DNA from: Candidatus Methylomirabilia bacterium
GTDB lineage: Bacteria; Methylomirabilota; Methylomirabilia; Rokubacteriales; CSP1-6
Direction: 5' to 3'
Assembly (NCBI GenBank): GCA_041497895.1
Contig: JBGQHJ010000043.1
Span: 1-31,309 of the forward strand
DNA: 31,309 nt
Positions 15,873 to 27,409 of the stretch are shown in pieces. The notes under the pieces were generated by a model, which saw nothing but the letters and a program-made list of their open reading frames with translations, ran no database searches and was not told where the DNA came from. Each line of letters begins with the position of its first letter. Positions within the stretch are counted from its first letter, which is position 1. Both the position numbers and the translations under genes were made by a program.

Positions 15873-16298
15873 ATGAGCCGGATGCAGCCGGATCGAGAGG
15901 CGTCCGTATTCCGGAAGCCGGCGGCCCCGCCGGAGCGCGCGCCGGCCCGGCGCGGACCCGAGGCTCGCGGTGACCGCAGCCTCACGATTCCGCCCGGGAT
16001 CGCTTCGTCGCTGTCGCGGACCGTTCGCGAGCAGCTCGCCTACCTCACGCCCGACCAGCAGCGCGCCTTCCTCTGGCGCTACCGGGCGCAGGCGAAGTCG
16101 CCCCTCGTCGCCCTCCTGTTCCTGCCGCTCGGCTGGCACTACCTCTACCTGCGCAAGCGCGGGCTGCAGGTGCTGTTCTGGCTCACGCTGGGCGGGCTCG
16201 CCGCGTGGTGGGTGCTGGATCTGTTCCGCATCCGCCGCCTCGTCCGGGACTACAACCGCCGCGTCGCGGTCCACGTCATGCGCGCCCTGTGGGGCTAG
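15873..16298 (+). CDS. TM2/NINE domain membrane protein
   Basis: GGAGGAG RBS; KSPLVA...LGWHYLYL...LFWLTLGGL..WWVLDLF. Confidence 0.85.
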   Translation: MSRMQPDREASVFRKPAAPPERAPARRGPEARGDRSLTIPPGIASSLSRTVREQLAYLTPDQQRAFLWRYRAQAKSPLVALLFLPLGWHYLYLRKRGLQVLFWLTLGGLAAWWVLDLFRIRRLVRDYNRRVAVHVMRALWG

Positions 16299-16633
16299 GA
16301 GGCGCCTCCCCCTTCACTCGCGTCAGCGGATGCGACCTCTGCCGGGCGGCCCGCATCACGCCCTGGTACCACGAGGACGACATCTGCTGGATCGCCGAGT
16401 GTGACATCTGCGAGGTGCCCATGGTGGTGTGGCGCTACCACGGGACCGAGCCGCCCCCCGAGCATCTGACCCACATGCACGCGCGCCTGCGCGAGATCGC
16501 CACCCGCGAGCTCGGCGGCGAGTGCTACGTCGACGACCACATGCGCAATATCCCCGACCACTACCACGCCCACGGCCGACCCAAGGGCGGGTTCTTCGGT
16601 CCCGGCGCCCAGGCCACAGTCAACAAGTCGTAG
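16289..16633 (+). CDS. Small HIT-like Cys/His-rich protein (start uncertain)
   Basis: CDLC, CDIC, IPDHYHAH (HxHxH); nearest in-frame start is GTG 16289, overlapping the upstream stop. Confidence 0.75.
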   Translation: MGLGGASPFTRVSGCDLCRAARITPWYHEDDICWIAECDICEVPMVVWRYHGTEPPPEHLTHMHARLREIATRELGGECYVDDHMRNIPDHYHAHGRPKGGFFGPGAQATVNKS

Positions 16634-16667
16634 CGCCGGCCCCCCTCACCCAGACCAGGAGGCTCCG

Positions 16668-17060
16668 ATGGCGGACAGCGAGCTGCACCGGAAGGGGAGC
16701 GAGATCCGTCGCCGGCTGCTGGGCGACAAGTACGTGGAGCGCGTGAACGCGACGACCTACCAGGATCCGATCATGCGCACGTTCATCGACGTGGCTACCG
16801 AGAACGTGTTCGGCGCCCTCTGGGCCCGGCCCGGGCTCGACCTCAAGACGCGCACGCTGGTGTGCGTGGTCTCCGACGCGGCGACCGGCCGCGAGCCCGA
16901 GCTGCGCATCCACCTGCGGATGGCGCTGCGCCAGGGGTGGACCGAGACCGAGCTGATCGAGACCCTGATCCACATGTCGGGTTACGTGGGAGTGCCCATC
17001 ATCCGGGAGGCGCTGCTCTGCGCGCGCGACGTCTTCAAGGAGGTGAAGGCCGAGGGCTGA
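16668..17060 (+). CDS. Carboxymuconolactone decarboxylase family protein (PcaC-like)
   Basis: AGGAGG RBS; FGALWARPGLDLKTRTL, ELRIHLRMAL, YVGVP. Confidence 0.9.
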   Translation: MADSELHRKGSEIRRRLLGDKYVERVNATTYQDPIMRTFIDVATENVFGALWARPGLDLKTRTLVCVVSDAATGREPELRIHLRMALRQGWTETELIETLIHMSGYVGVPIIREALLCARDVFKEVKAEG

Positions 17061-17078
17061 GCGGATACGGGGGGCGCG

Positions 17079-18662
17079 TCAGGCCGGGCGGGCGGGGCCC
17101 TCCGGCCCGACCGGCAGCTCGACCCAGAAGGTGCTGCCCGCTCCTTCGGTACTCTCCACGCCGATGCGGCCGGCGTGGGCCTCCACGATGCTCCGGGTGA
17201 TGGCGAGGCCAAGCCCGGTCCCCGAGATGCCCGCGGTCGCGTCGTTCCTCACCCGGTAGAACTTGTCGAAGACGTGGGGCAGATCGCGGGCGGGGATCCC
17301 GATCCCGGTGTCGCTCACCCGGATCCGGACGGGCCCGTCGTCGGCCGGGATCGGCGCGTCCACCGTGACGCGCACGCGGCCGCCTTCGGGCGTGTACTTC
17401 ACCGCGTTGCCGATCAAGTTCATGAGCACCTGCTGCAGCCGCGCCCGCACGCCCGTGACCGGCCCCGCCGCGCCGGCCTCCACCGCGATCACGATGCGCT
17501 TGGTCTCCGCCTGCGCGGTCAGCGCCTTCACCGTCTCCTCGACCAGCGCGACGAGATCGATTCCCTCGCGTCCGGCTTCGAGGCCGGCCTCGATCTTGCC
17601 GAGGTCCAGGAGATCGGTCACCAGCTCGGTCATCTGCTTGGCGCTGCGGAGGATGCGGAGGCAGCGCTCCAGGTAGCTCTCCACCCCCGCGGGGGGCGCC
17701 GCCTTCATCAGCAGCTCCGCGGTCATCGCGATCGCCATGATCGGGCTCTTGAGATCGTGGGAGACGGTGTTGACGAAGTCGTTCTTCATCTGCTCGAGGT
17801 TCTTGAGAAGGGTGATGTCGCGCAGGATGGCGGCGAGCCCGACCGGCTCGCCGTACTCGGTGGTGACGAAGACGAGGCTGGCCTGGGCGGTGCGCCCGTC
17901 CGGCAGCGGTAGCTCGGCGATCCCCGCGCGCCCGATCTCGAAGAGCCGGCGCAGGGGCTCGTGCGCGACCGCCTCGTGGAGCGACCGGCCGGTCATGGTC
18001 TCCGGCGCCACGCCCAGCATGGCCCGCGTGGCCGGGTTGGCGAGGAGCACGATGCCGTCCTGGCCCACCATCACCACCGCGTCGGCGGTGCTCGTCAGCA
18101 CGGCGGCCAAAGTGCCCCGCTCGTCGGCGAGGGCCTGATAGGCGCGGCACGTCTCGAGCGCGCCCGACACGCCGGCGGCCACCAGCGTGGCGATCTCGAG
18201 GTCGTCGAACGTGTACGGCGCGGATCGGCGGGCGAAGAGCAGCGCGCCGAGCACCTGGATGCCGCGGCGAACCGGCACGGTGAGCGCCGCCCGCAGTCCG
18301 GCGCCGATCAGGACGCCGTCGAGATCGGGCGCGGCGTCCGGGATCGTGTCCAGCTCGGCCACGAGGTAGGCGCGCCCGGTGCGGAGCGTTCGCCCCGGGA
18401 GGCCTTCGTCCTTTGCAAAGACGCGGCCCGGCAGCGGCCCGCCCTCCAGGGCGGAGAGCGAGTGCACGAGGTAGCCCGGCTGCTCGGCATCCTCCAGGCA
18501 GACCGCGAGGTAGTCGTGCGGGATCACGGCTTGCGCCTGCTCCGCGAGCGTCTGGAAGAGATGCGTCGGCACCGGGGAGCCCGACAGCCCGATCAGCATT
18601 TCCCCGACGCGCCGGAGCCGGCCGGCGAGGCTGGGGGGCGAGTCGTCTGCGCCTGACGCCAT
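17079..18662 (-). CDS. Cytoplasmic sensor histidine kinase, GAF-PAS-HisKA-HATPase
   Basis: H-box VSHDLKSP, N-box NLIGNAVKY, DTGIGI, FDKFYR, GTGLGL. Confidence 0.95.
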   Translation of the reverse strand: MASGADDSPPSLAGRLRRVGEMLIGLSGSPVPTHLFQTLAEQAQAVIPHDYLAVCLEDAEQPGYLVHSLSALEGGPLPGRVFAKDEGLPGRTLRTGRAYLVAELDTIPDAAPDLDGVLIGAGLRAALTVPVRRGIQVLGALLFARRSAPYTFDDLEIATLVAAGVSGALETCRAYQALADERGTLAAVLTSTADAVVMVGQDGIVLLANPATRAMLGVAPETMTGRSLHEAVAHEPLRRLFEIGRAGIAELPLPDGRTAQASLVFVTTEYGEPVGLAAILRDITLLKNLEQMKNDFVNTVSHDLKSPIMAIAMTAELLMKAAPPAGVESYLERCLRILRSAKQMTELVTDLLDLGKIEAGLEAGREGIDLVALVEETVKALTAQAETKRIVIAVEAGAAGPVTGVRARLQQVLMNLIGNAVKYTPEGGRVRVTVDAPIPADDGPVRIRVSDTGIGIPARDLPHVFDKFYRVRNDATAGISGTGLGLAITRSIVEAHAGRIGVESTEGAGSTFWVELPVGPEGPARPA

Positions 18663-18668
18663 GCCGGC

Positions 18669-19961
18669 CTAACGGCCCTCCATGATCTCCCGCATCCGTC
18701 TGAAGGCCAGGATACGCCGCCGATTGGCCTCCGGCATATTCTCCAGGTCCACCGGCTGAGCCACCGTGAGGCCGTAGGCCTCGTAGGTCGGGATATCGGC
18801 CTCGGCCAGTCCCGCCGTCGCCCGCTTCCGCTCGAAGGCCGCCGCCACGTACGGGGCCAGGGCTTGCGCCTTGCGCGCGGCGCGCGCCGCATCGCGCTCC
18901 TTGAACTCCGGCATCACCGCCGCCGCGAACAGCTCCAGCGCCTCGCAGATGTGCTCGTGCCGGTTCTTGCCGCCCTGCTGGATGAAGATGGTCTGGTCGA
19001 CGCCGTAGTCCTCGAAGGCGCGCAGGGAGGCGCGCAGCTCCTCGGGGGTCCCGATGCAACCGGTGCCGCCGCCCAGGACCTCCAGGTTCAGCTCGGCGCG
19101 CACCGCGACGAACTTGTCCCAGATGTCGGTGCGGCCTGGCCGGTGCTTCCCGAAGACGTAGTGGTGACCGAGGGCGAACTGGAAGAAGCGGAAGCCGTCG
19201 GTGCCGCGCCGGCGCGCCTCCTGGCCGTCAGGATGGCATGAAAAGCCAGTAACCATTGCCACGTTGGGATTGACGGCATGGCCGATGGGCACGCACTCCC
19301 GCTTGAATGTCTCGTAGTAGTCGTCCACCCAGTGCTTCGCCTCCGCCGGATCGATGAAGGCGAACGTGAGCGCGCCCATGCCGAGCTGCGCGGCCAAATG
19401 GATGGTCTCCCGGTTCGAGCACGCCACCCAGAGCGGCGGGTGCGGCTTCTGCACGGGCTTCGGGACCACGTTACGGACCGGCATAGAAAAGTACTTCCCC
19501 TGAAAGCCCGGGTAGGGGTCGAGGGCCAGCATGTTGGCGACCTGCTCGGTGGTCTCGCGCCACATGGCGCGCCGCTCGGCGGGCGTGACGCCGAAGCCCT
19601 CGAGCTCGGCGCGCGAGGCGGACTCCCCGGTGCCCCACTCCACGCGGCCGTTGGAGACGAGATCGAGGGTGGCCAGGCGCTCGGCGACGCGCGCCGGGTG
19701 GTTGTAGCCGGGCGGCATCAGGACGATGCCGTGGCCGAGCCGGATCCGCCGCGTGCGCTGCGAGGCGGCGGCCAGGAAGACCTCGGGCGCGGAGGAGTGG
19801 GAGTACTCCTCGAGGAAGTGGTGCTCGACCTCCCAGGCGTAGTCGATGCCGAGCCGGTCGGCCAGCTCCACCTGCGCCAGCGCGTCCTGGAAGAGCCGCT
19901 GCTCGCTGCCGTTCTCCCAGGGGCGCGGGAGCTGGTGCTCGTAGAAGACCCCGAATCGCAT
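18669..19961 (-). CDS. LLM-class flavin-dependent oxidoreductase
   Basis: WEVEHHFLEEYSHSS, RIRLGHG, ATLDLVSNGR, PKPVQKPHPP. Confidence 0.93.
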   Translation of the reverse strand: MRFGVFYEHQLPRPWENGSEQRLFQDALAQVELADRLGIDYAWEVEHHFLEEYSHSSAPEVFLAAASQRTRRIRLGHGIVLMPPGYNHPARVAERLATLDLVSNGRVEWGTGESASRAELEGFGVTPAERRAMWRETTEQVANMLALDPYPGFQGKYFSMPVRNVVPKPVQKPHPPLWVACSNRETIHLAAQLGMGALTFAFIDPAEAKHWVDDYYETFKRECVPIGHAVNPNVAMVTGFSCHPDGQEARRRGTDGFRFFQFALGHHYVFGKHRPGRTDIWDKFVAVRAELNLEVLGGGTGCIGTPEELRASLRAFEDYGVDQTIFIQQGGKNRHEHICEALELFAAAVMPEFKERDAARAARKAQALAPYVAAAFERKRATAGLAEADIPTYEAYGLTVAQPVDLENMPEANRRRILAFRRMREIMEGR

Positions 19962-20049
19962 GCTCGCTCCTTTCGCGCCGGCCCAGCGGGCGCCGGGGCG
20001 CCGCCATCGTAGCGCAAGAAGCGGGCGGGAGGCGAGCGAACGGGGACGG

Positions 20050-20946
20050 CTACGGCGACTGGGCGAGGGGCGCGGTGGGCGCCGGGGCCGGCGGATCGTC
20101 CGACGAGGGCGTCGGCGTCCAGGTGCGCAGGGCTTGTCCCGAGTCGGAATCCTGCAGGACGAGCTGCGAGCCTCGCTCCGCCCGCTGCGCGGGCACCGGA
20201 ATCATGGTCGGGCGCCCGGAAGCCGGCGCGCTCACCATCTGTACTTTCGGGTGGGGCCGCGACGTCCGGGAGATCCACTGGGGCGCGGGGATGGGCTTGG
20301 CCAGCACGCGCTCGGCGCCCTTCGGGTCGCCCATCTTGCGGAGCACCCGCGCCACGAAGCGGCGCGTCTCCGGATAGGGCGGGATGCCGTGATAGCGGAC
20401 CACGTTCTGCTCGCCCGCGTTGTAGGCGGCCAGCGCGAGCGGCAGATCGTTCTTGAACGTGTCGAGCATCGCGCGCAGGTGGCTGGCGCCCGCGTCGATG
20501 TTCTCCTCGGGGCGGTGTGGGTCGCGGACCCCGATGAGGGCGGAGGTCTGCGGCATGAGCTGCATGAGGCCGCGGGCGCCCTTGCGGGAGACGGCGGCGT
20601 GATCGAAGTTGGACTCGACCGAGATCACCGCGGTGATCAGCTCCTCGGGGAGCCGGTAGCGCTGCGCGGCGGCCTTGATGTGATCGGGGATCGCCGCGAG
20701 ATCGTATTCGGGCGCGTCGGGCTCCTCGGTCTCCTCGGTCTCGGCCACGGGCTCGCTCAGGGCCACGGTGCGTACGGGTGCCTCAGATGGAGTCCATACC
20801 GCGAAGAGCACCGCGAGTCCCAGCGCGGCGCCGACGGCCGGCAGCGGCCTGAGCCATTCCGCGCGCTCCCACTCGGGAAATAGCGGAAGCTGACGGCGAT
20901 CGGCCTCGCGATATCGGGCCCAGGTTTTGATCAAGCTGGTGAGCAT
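20050..20946 (-). CDS. Lytic transglycosylase (SLT domain) with N-terminal TM anchor and Pro-rich tail
   Basis: GGAGGT RBS before ATG 20946; VES catalytic Glu, GLMQL, AAYNAG. Confidence 0.92.
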   Translation of the reverse strand: MLTSLIKTWARYREADRRQLPLFPEWERAEWLRPLPAVGAALGLAVLFAVWTPSEAPVRTVALSEPVAETEETEEPDAPEYDLAAIPDHIKAAAQRYRLPEELITAVISVESNFDHAAVSRKGARGLMQLMPQTSALIGVRDPHRPEENIDAGASHLRAMLDTFKNDLPLALAAYNAGEQNVVRYHGIPPYPETRRFVARVLRKMGDPKGAERVLAKPIPAPQWISRTSRPHPKVQMVSAPASGRPTMIPVPAQRAERGSQLVLQDSDSGQALRTWTPTPSSDDPPAPAPTAPLAQSP

Positions 20947-21101
20947 TTGCACACCTCCGGATGCCTGGCAGGTATGCGAGGCGGATGCCAAGGCAGAGGG
21001 GTGCGTTAACCTTCATTTTCAAGTTACTTAGCAGGCGTCGGGAGGGTGTCGCGGCGCTCCGGGGGCACTGTCAGGCCCCCGAAGTCACCCGGCTGACAGT
21101 G

Positions 21102-21896
21102 CTAACTTTTCGTGATCTGCGCGATGCCGGGGAGGCGGCCCAGGAAGTTGCCGCTCACGCCGCCGTCGACGACGAGATCGTGCCCGTTGACGTAGCGCGC
21201 GTCGGGACCGAGCAGGAACGCGATCACGTCGGCCATGTCTTCCGGCGTGGCCACGCGCCCGAGCGGCACCAGCGCGTCGCGCTCGGCCGCGATCTTCTCG
21301 TTCTCGTACACCTTGGCGGTCATGCCGGTGCGCACCATGCCGGGCGAGAGGCTGTTGACACGGATGCCGTCGCGTCCGAACTCCTGGGCGAGGACCTGAA
21401 CGAGCATGATGAGCGCGGCCTTGCTCGGCCCGTACGGGCCGAGGTTGGCGTGCGCGTTGCTGCCGGACATGGACGCCACCGCCACGATCGCCCCGCGCGA
21501 GGCGGCGAGCGCGTCGTGGGCCGCCTTGGCGAGCAGCCACGTCGCGCGCGTGTTGACCGCGAACATCCGGTCCCAGTCGTCGACGGCATAGTGGAGCAGC
21601 GGCCCCGGCCGGTTGACGCCCGCGTTGCTGACCACGCCGTCGAGGCCGCCGAAGCGCGCGATGGCCTCGCCGACCACGCGCGCCGGCGCGTCCGTGGTGG
21701 CCATGTCGCCCGCGAGCGGCAGCGCCATGGCCCCCATGTTCCCCAACTCCTTCACCAGCGAGTCGAGCGTGGCGGAGGGACCGAGATCCACCGCTGCGAT
21801 CTGCGCCTTGCGCCCCGCCGCCTGCGCGTCGCGCGCCAGGCGCAGGCAGGTGGCCCGGCCGATCCCGCTCGCCGCTCCCGTCACCAGCGCGCGCAC
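21102..21896 (-). CDS. SDR family oxidoreductase
   Basis: TGAASGIG, NAG, catalytic YGPSK, VDGG. Confidence 0.93.
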   Translation of the reverse strand: MRALVTGAASGIGRATCLRLARDAQAAGRKAQIAAVDLGPSATLDSLVKELGNMGAMALPLAGDMATTDAPARVVGEAIARFGGLDGVVSNAGVNRPGPLLHYAVDDWDRMFAVNTRATWLLAKAAHDALAASRGAIVAVASMSGSNAHANLGPYGPSKAALIMLVQVLAQEFGRDGIRVNSLSPGMVRTGMTAKVYENEKIAAERDALVPLGRVATPEDMADVIAFLLGPDARYVNGHDLVVDGGVSGNFLGRLPGIAQITKS

Positions 21897-21900
21897 GGCC

Positions 21901-23985
<2,085 letters not shown>

Positions 23986-24245
23986 GGCCTTCTCCTCGGG
24001 TGAGCGGTGAAAGTGGCGCCCATGATAAGCGCCTTGCCAGGCGCCGGGAAGGGGCAAGCCGGACGTGTAGGAATTACCAGGTCCATCCTTCCTCGCCCGC
24101 GCCCCACTGGGGCCCCACACGCGCCCCACCCGGGCGGACCCCGGTGGAGGCCGCCGCGTAACTGCCCGGGTTCATTACCGTTCCCTCCTGGATTCCCGGG
24201 ATGGGGATCCGGCATCCCTCATGCGTACTCTCAACGGGTAGGAGG

Positions 24246-24602
24246 ATGACTCCTATGCGTATCCCGTCTCTCGCAGCCTTGCTGAGCCTGACGATCCTGC
24301 TCGCGGTGCTTCCGGCGGGAGCGTTGGCGGATTCCTTCGATCTCAAGACACATCCCTCCCAGCGCGAGCGTGTGGCGCCGTCCGTGCCTGATCGCGACCT
24401 CTACCCGCAGCGGCCGTCGCTGCCGCAGCAGCCGCGGTTCATCAAGCCGCTGTCTCGTTCGACCGCAACCGGCCAGGCGGGCGTCGCCGGTTACACCGCG
24501 CCCAATCCTCCGGTGGGCTCCCGAGTGGCGGGTGATCACGACAACCCCGGCTGGCCGAGCCTGGGCTTCGCGATCGAGTGGGGCCGCGCCAGGCCGAACT
24601 AG
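24246..24602 (+). CDS. Secreted hypothetical protein
   Basis: AGGAGG; signal peptide ending ALA; C-terminal LGFAIEW strand. Confidence 0.7.
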   Translation: MTPMRIPSLAALLSLTILLAVLPAGALADSFDLKTHPSQRERVAPSVPDRDLYPQRPSLPQQPRFIKPLSRSTATGQAGVAGYTAPNPPVGSRVAGDHDNPGWPSLGFAIEWGRARPN

Positions 24603-24629
24603 GGGCCGGGCGCGAAGCGCGATCCGCGA

Positions 24630-25490
24630 CTAGCGCAGCTCGCGAGCGGTCTTCTCGACGAAGCGCACGAGCCCGTCGGCATCGAGCGAGCGGGGTGGCA
24701 TGAGAATGAGTCGATGGACCCCGAGCGCCGCGAGCCGGTCGGCGGTCGGGCGGTTCATCGCCTCGCCGCCACGGGTCGGGCGCGGCGTCACGCTGATCTC
24801 GAGCGGGCCGAGCCCGCCCGGCCGCGCGTAGCGGGTGGCCGCGTCGCGAAGCCCATCGAGGCAGTGGCGCGCGCCGTCCTCGTCGAGCGCGAAGCCGTAC
24901 CAGCCCTGTCCTTGCTCGACCGCCCGCCGGAACGCCGCCGGCGTGTGCCCGCCGATGACGATGGGGGGCCCCGGCCGCTGCACGGGCTGCGGATGGGCCT
25001 GCACGCCCTCGAAGGCCACGAAGCGTCCGCGATAGCCGGGTCGGTCCTGGCTCCAGATCGCGCGGATCGCGGCCAGGTAGTCGTCGGTCATCGCGCCCCG
25101 CGTCTCGAAGGGGATGCCGAGCGCCCGGAACTCCGCCTCGAGGTAGCCGACCCCCACGCCGAAGACGAGGCGGCCGCCCGAGAGCACGTCGAGGGTCGCG
25201 AGCTGCTTGGCCAGGACCAGCGGGTTGCGCTGGGGCACGATGATGATGCCGGTACCGAGCCGGATGCGCGTGGTGTGCGCGGCCAGGTATGCGAGCGCCA
25301 CGATCGGATCGGTGATGCGGTCCTCGGGCGCGAGCGGTGACGGCGGCGCCTGCGGATCCGGCAGCACCACGTGCTCCCCACCCCACAGGGAGTCGAAGCC
25401 GGCCGCCTCGGCGGCGCGCGCGACCCGGGCCGCCCCCTCGGGGTGCGAGCAGGGCCCCGTGGTCATGGAGAACAGGCCGAGGGCGGGCAT
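24630..25490 (-). CDS. LLM-class, probably F420-dependent, oxidoreductase (Rv2161c-like)
   Basis: GFDSLWGGEHVVLP, RNPLVLAKQLATLDVLSGGR, GVGVGY; TGATG coupling to the upstream gene. Confidence 0.9.
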   Translation of the reverse strand: MPALGLFSMTTGPCSHPEGAARVARAAEAAGFDSLWGGEHVVLPDPQAPPSPLAPEDRITDPIVALAYLAAHTTRIRLGTGIIIVPQRNPLVLAKQLATLDVLSGGRLVFGVGVGYLEAEFRALGIPFETRGAMTDDYLAAIRAIWSQDRPGYRGRFVAFEGVQAHPQPVQRPGPPIVIGGHTPAAFRRAVEQGQGWYGFALDEDGARHCLDGLRDAATRYARPGGLGPLEISVTPRPTRGGEAMNRPTADRLAALGVHRLILMPPRSLDADGLVRFVEKTARELR

Positions 25491-26332
25491 CAGGACGTGG
25501 GTACCCGCAGGCCCTCCGCGCGCTCGCGCAAGGCCGGGGGCAGCGGGACCGGGCGGCGCGCGTCCTGGTCGAAGTGCACGCCGGACTGCTCGAGCGAGGC
25601 CACGACCTCCCCGGCCGGCTCCCGGGTCATCACGTGCAGGAGGCGGAGGGAGGAGTTGCCCACGTGCAGGACCCCGGATTGCACCCGCAGTAGATCGCCC
25701 GCCCGCAGGGGAGCGCCCAGCTCGAGCTGGAACTCGAAGGTCGAGAAACCGCGATGCTCCTCGCGCATGTAGGCGGGGGTCATGCCGAACGAGGCGATGG
25801 CGTGGCCGTTGGCCGCCGAGAAGCGGTGAATGTAGTGCGACAGCGCGGCCGCCCCCGAGACGTCCAGCTCGGACGGCTTCACGGTGTCCCGCGCGCTGTC
25901 GCGGAACCCGGCGAGGCCGGCCGGGCGCGGCCGCCGCTCGCGCGCCGGGCCGTCCCAGGCCACTCGCCTCGCCTCGGCGCGCCGCGTGCTCTCGGGCGGC
26001 AGCGCGTCCGGCACCCGTACCCGCTGCTCCACGGTGGTGCAGAGCGTGCCCGTGCCCGAGTCGAACAGCTTGTGGCCGAGCACGAGGGCGCCGGGCTCGG
26101 CCGCGATCACCCCGCTCTCCACGTGCATGATGTCGCCGACCCGCAGCTCGCGCTGGTAGCGCACGAAGCAGTCGGTGGTGCGGGTGTCGAGCGGGCCCAG
26201 GCCGAGGGCGGCGAGCAGCCCGAGGCCCGCGTCGGCGATGCGCGCGAAGTAGTACGCCACCGTGAAGTGGTCGTTGTGGTCCACCTCCCAGCGGAAGACG
26301 GTGCCGCGATAGGTCTCGAGCCAGTCGCCCAC
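25490..26332 (-). CDS. Tandem hotdog-fold thioesterase family protein
   Basis: Two repeats: WEVDHNDH..YY / ELRVGD and ELDVSG..HY / PLRAGD. Confidence 0.8.
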   Translation of the reverse strand: MGDWLETYRGTVFRWEVDHNDHFTVAYYFARIADAGLGLLAALGLGPLDTRTTDCFVRYQRELRVGDIMHVESGVIAAEPGALVLGHKLFDSGTGTLCTTVEQRVRVPDALPPESTRRAEARRVAWDGPARERRPRPAGLAGFRDSARDTVKPSELDVSGAAALSHYIHRFSAANGHAIASFGMTPAYMREEHRGFSTFEFQLELGAPLRAGDLLRVQSGVLHVGNSSLRLLHVMTREPAGEVVASLEQSGVHFDQDARRPVPLPPALRERAEGLRVPTS

Positions 26333-26347
26333 GCGCGCCGGGCCGGC

Positions 26348-27331
26348 CTAGATGTAGACCGACTTCATCGCGGGCGCCGGGTAGCGCGTGCCCGCGGCGG
26401 CTCCGGCGGGCACCGCCTCCTGCAGCGCGGTGACCTCGGCCGGGGTGAGCGAGACCGCCGCGGCGGCCACGTTCTCGTCGAGACGGGCCCGCCGCTTGGT
26501 CCCCGGGATCGGCACGATGTCCTTGCCCAGCGCGAGCAGCCAGGCCAGGGCGACCTGGCCCGGGGTGCAGCCCTTCTGCTTGGCCATGTCGAGCAGCGGC
26601 TTCAGCAGATCCAGGTTCTTCTGGAGGTTCTCGTCCTGGAAGCGGGGATGATCCCGGCGCCGATCGTCGGCCGGGATCTCGGCCGCGGTGCGGGTACTCC
26701 CGGTCAGCAGGCTGCGGCCGAGCGGAGAGTAGGCCACGAACGAGATGCCCAACTGTCGGAGGGTCGGCAGGGTCTCCTCCGCCTCCACCCGGTAGAGCAA
26801 CGAGAACTCCGACTGGAGCGCGGCGATCGGGTGCACCGCGTGGGCGCGACGCACCGTGGCCGGGGAGGCCTCGGAGAGGCCGAGGAAGCGGACCTTGCCC
26901 TGCTCGACGAGGCGGGACATGGCCCCGACCGTCTCCTCGATGGGCACGCTCGGGTCGACCCGGTGCTGGTAGTAGAGGTCGATGGTCTCGACTCCCAGGC
27001 GCTTGAGGCTCGCGTCGCAGGCCTGCGGCACGTACTCCGGCCGGCCGTTGACCCCGGCGGTGCCGTCCGGCTTCCGCAGGTTGCCGAACTTGGTGGCCAG
27101 CACCACCCGGTCGCGCCGTCCCCGCAGGGCCCGGCCCAGGAGCTCCTCGTTCTGCCCCCAGCCGTACATGTCGGAGGAGTCGAGGAAGTTGACGCCCAGG
27201 TCGAGGGCGTGGTGGACGACCGCGATGGACTCCGCGTCGTCGCACTTGCCGTAGACGTTGGACATGGACATGCAGCCGAGTCCGATGGCCGAGACGGCCA
27301 GTGCGCTCTTGCCGAGTGTGCGCTGCTCCAC
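26348..27331 (-). CDS. Aldo/keto reductase
   Basis: GGAGGAGG RBS, GTG 27331; GLGCM, DSSDMYG, ATKFG, DLYYQHR, PIPGT. Confidence 0.95.
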   Translation of the reverse strand: MEQRTLGKSALAVSAIGLGCMSMSNVYGKCDDAESIAVVHHALDLGVNFLDSSDMYGWGQNEELLGRALRGRRDRVVLATKFGNLRKPDGTAGVNGRPEYVPQACDASLKRLGVETIDLYYQHRVDPSVPIEETVGAMSRLVEQGKVRFLGLSEASPATVRRAHAVHPIAALQSEFSLLYRVEAEETLPTLRQLGISFVAYSPLGRSLLTGSTRTAAEIPADDRRRDHPRFQDENLQKNLDLLKPLLDMAKQKGCTPGQVALAWLLALGKDIVPIPGTKRRARLDENVAAAAVSLTPAEVTALQEAVPAGAAAGTRYPAPAMKSVYI

Positions 27332-27409
27332 GAGATCCTCCTCCGAGTCGGGAAAGTTGGATAGGATACGGCGACCGATTCTATCCCAAGACGGAGGCCC
27401 CGGCGACCG

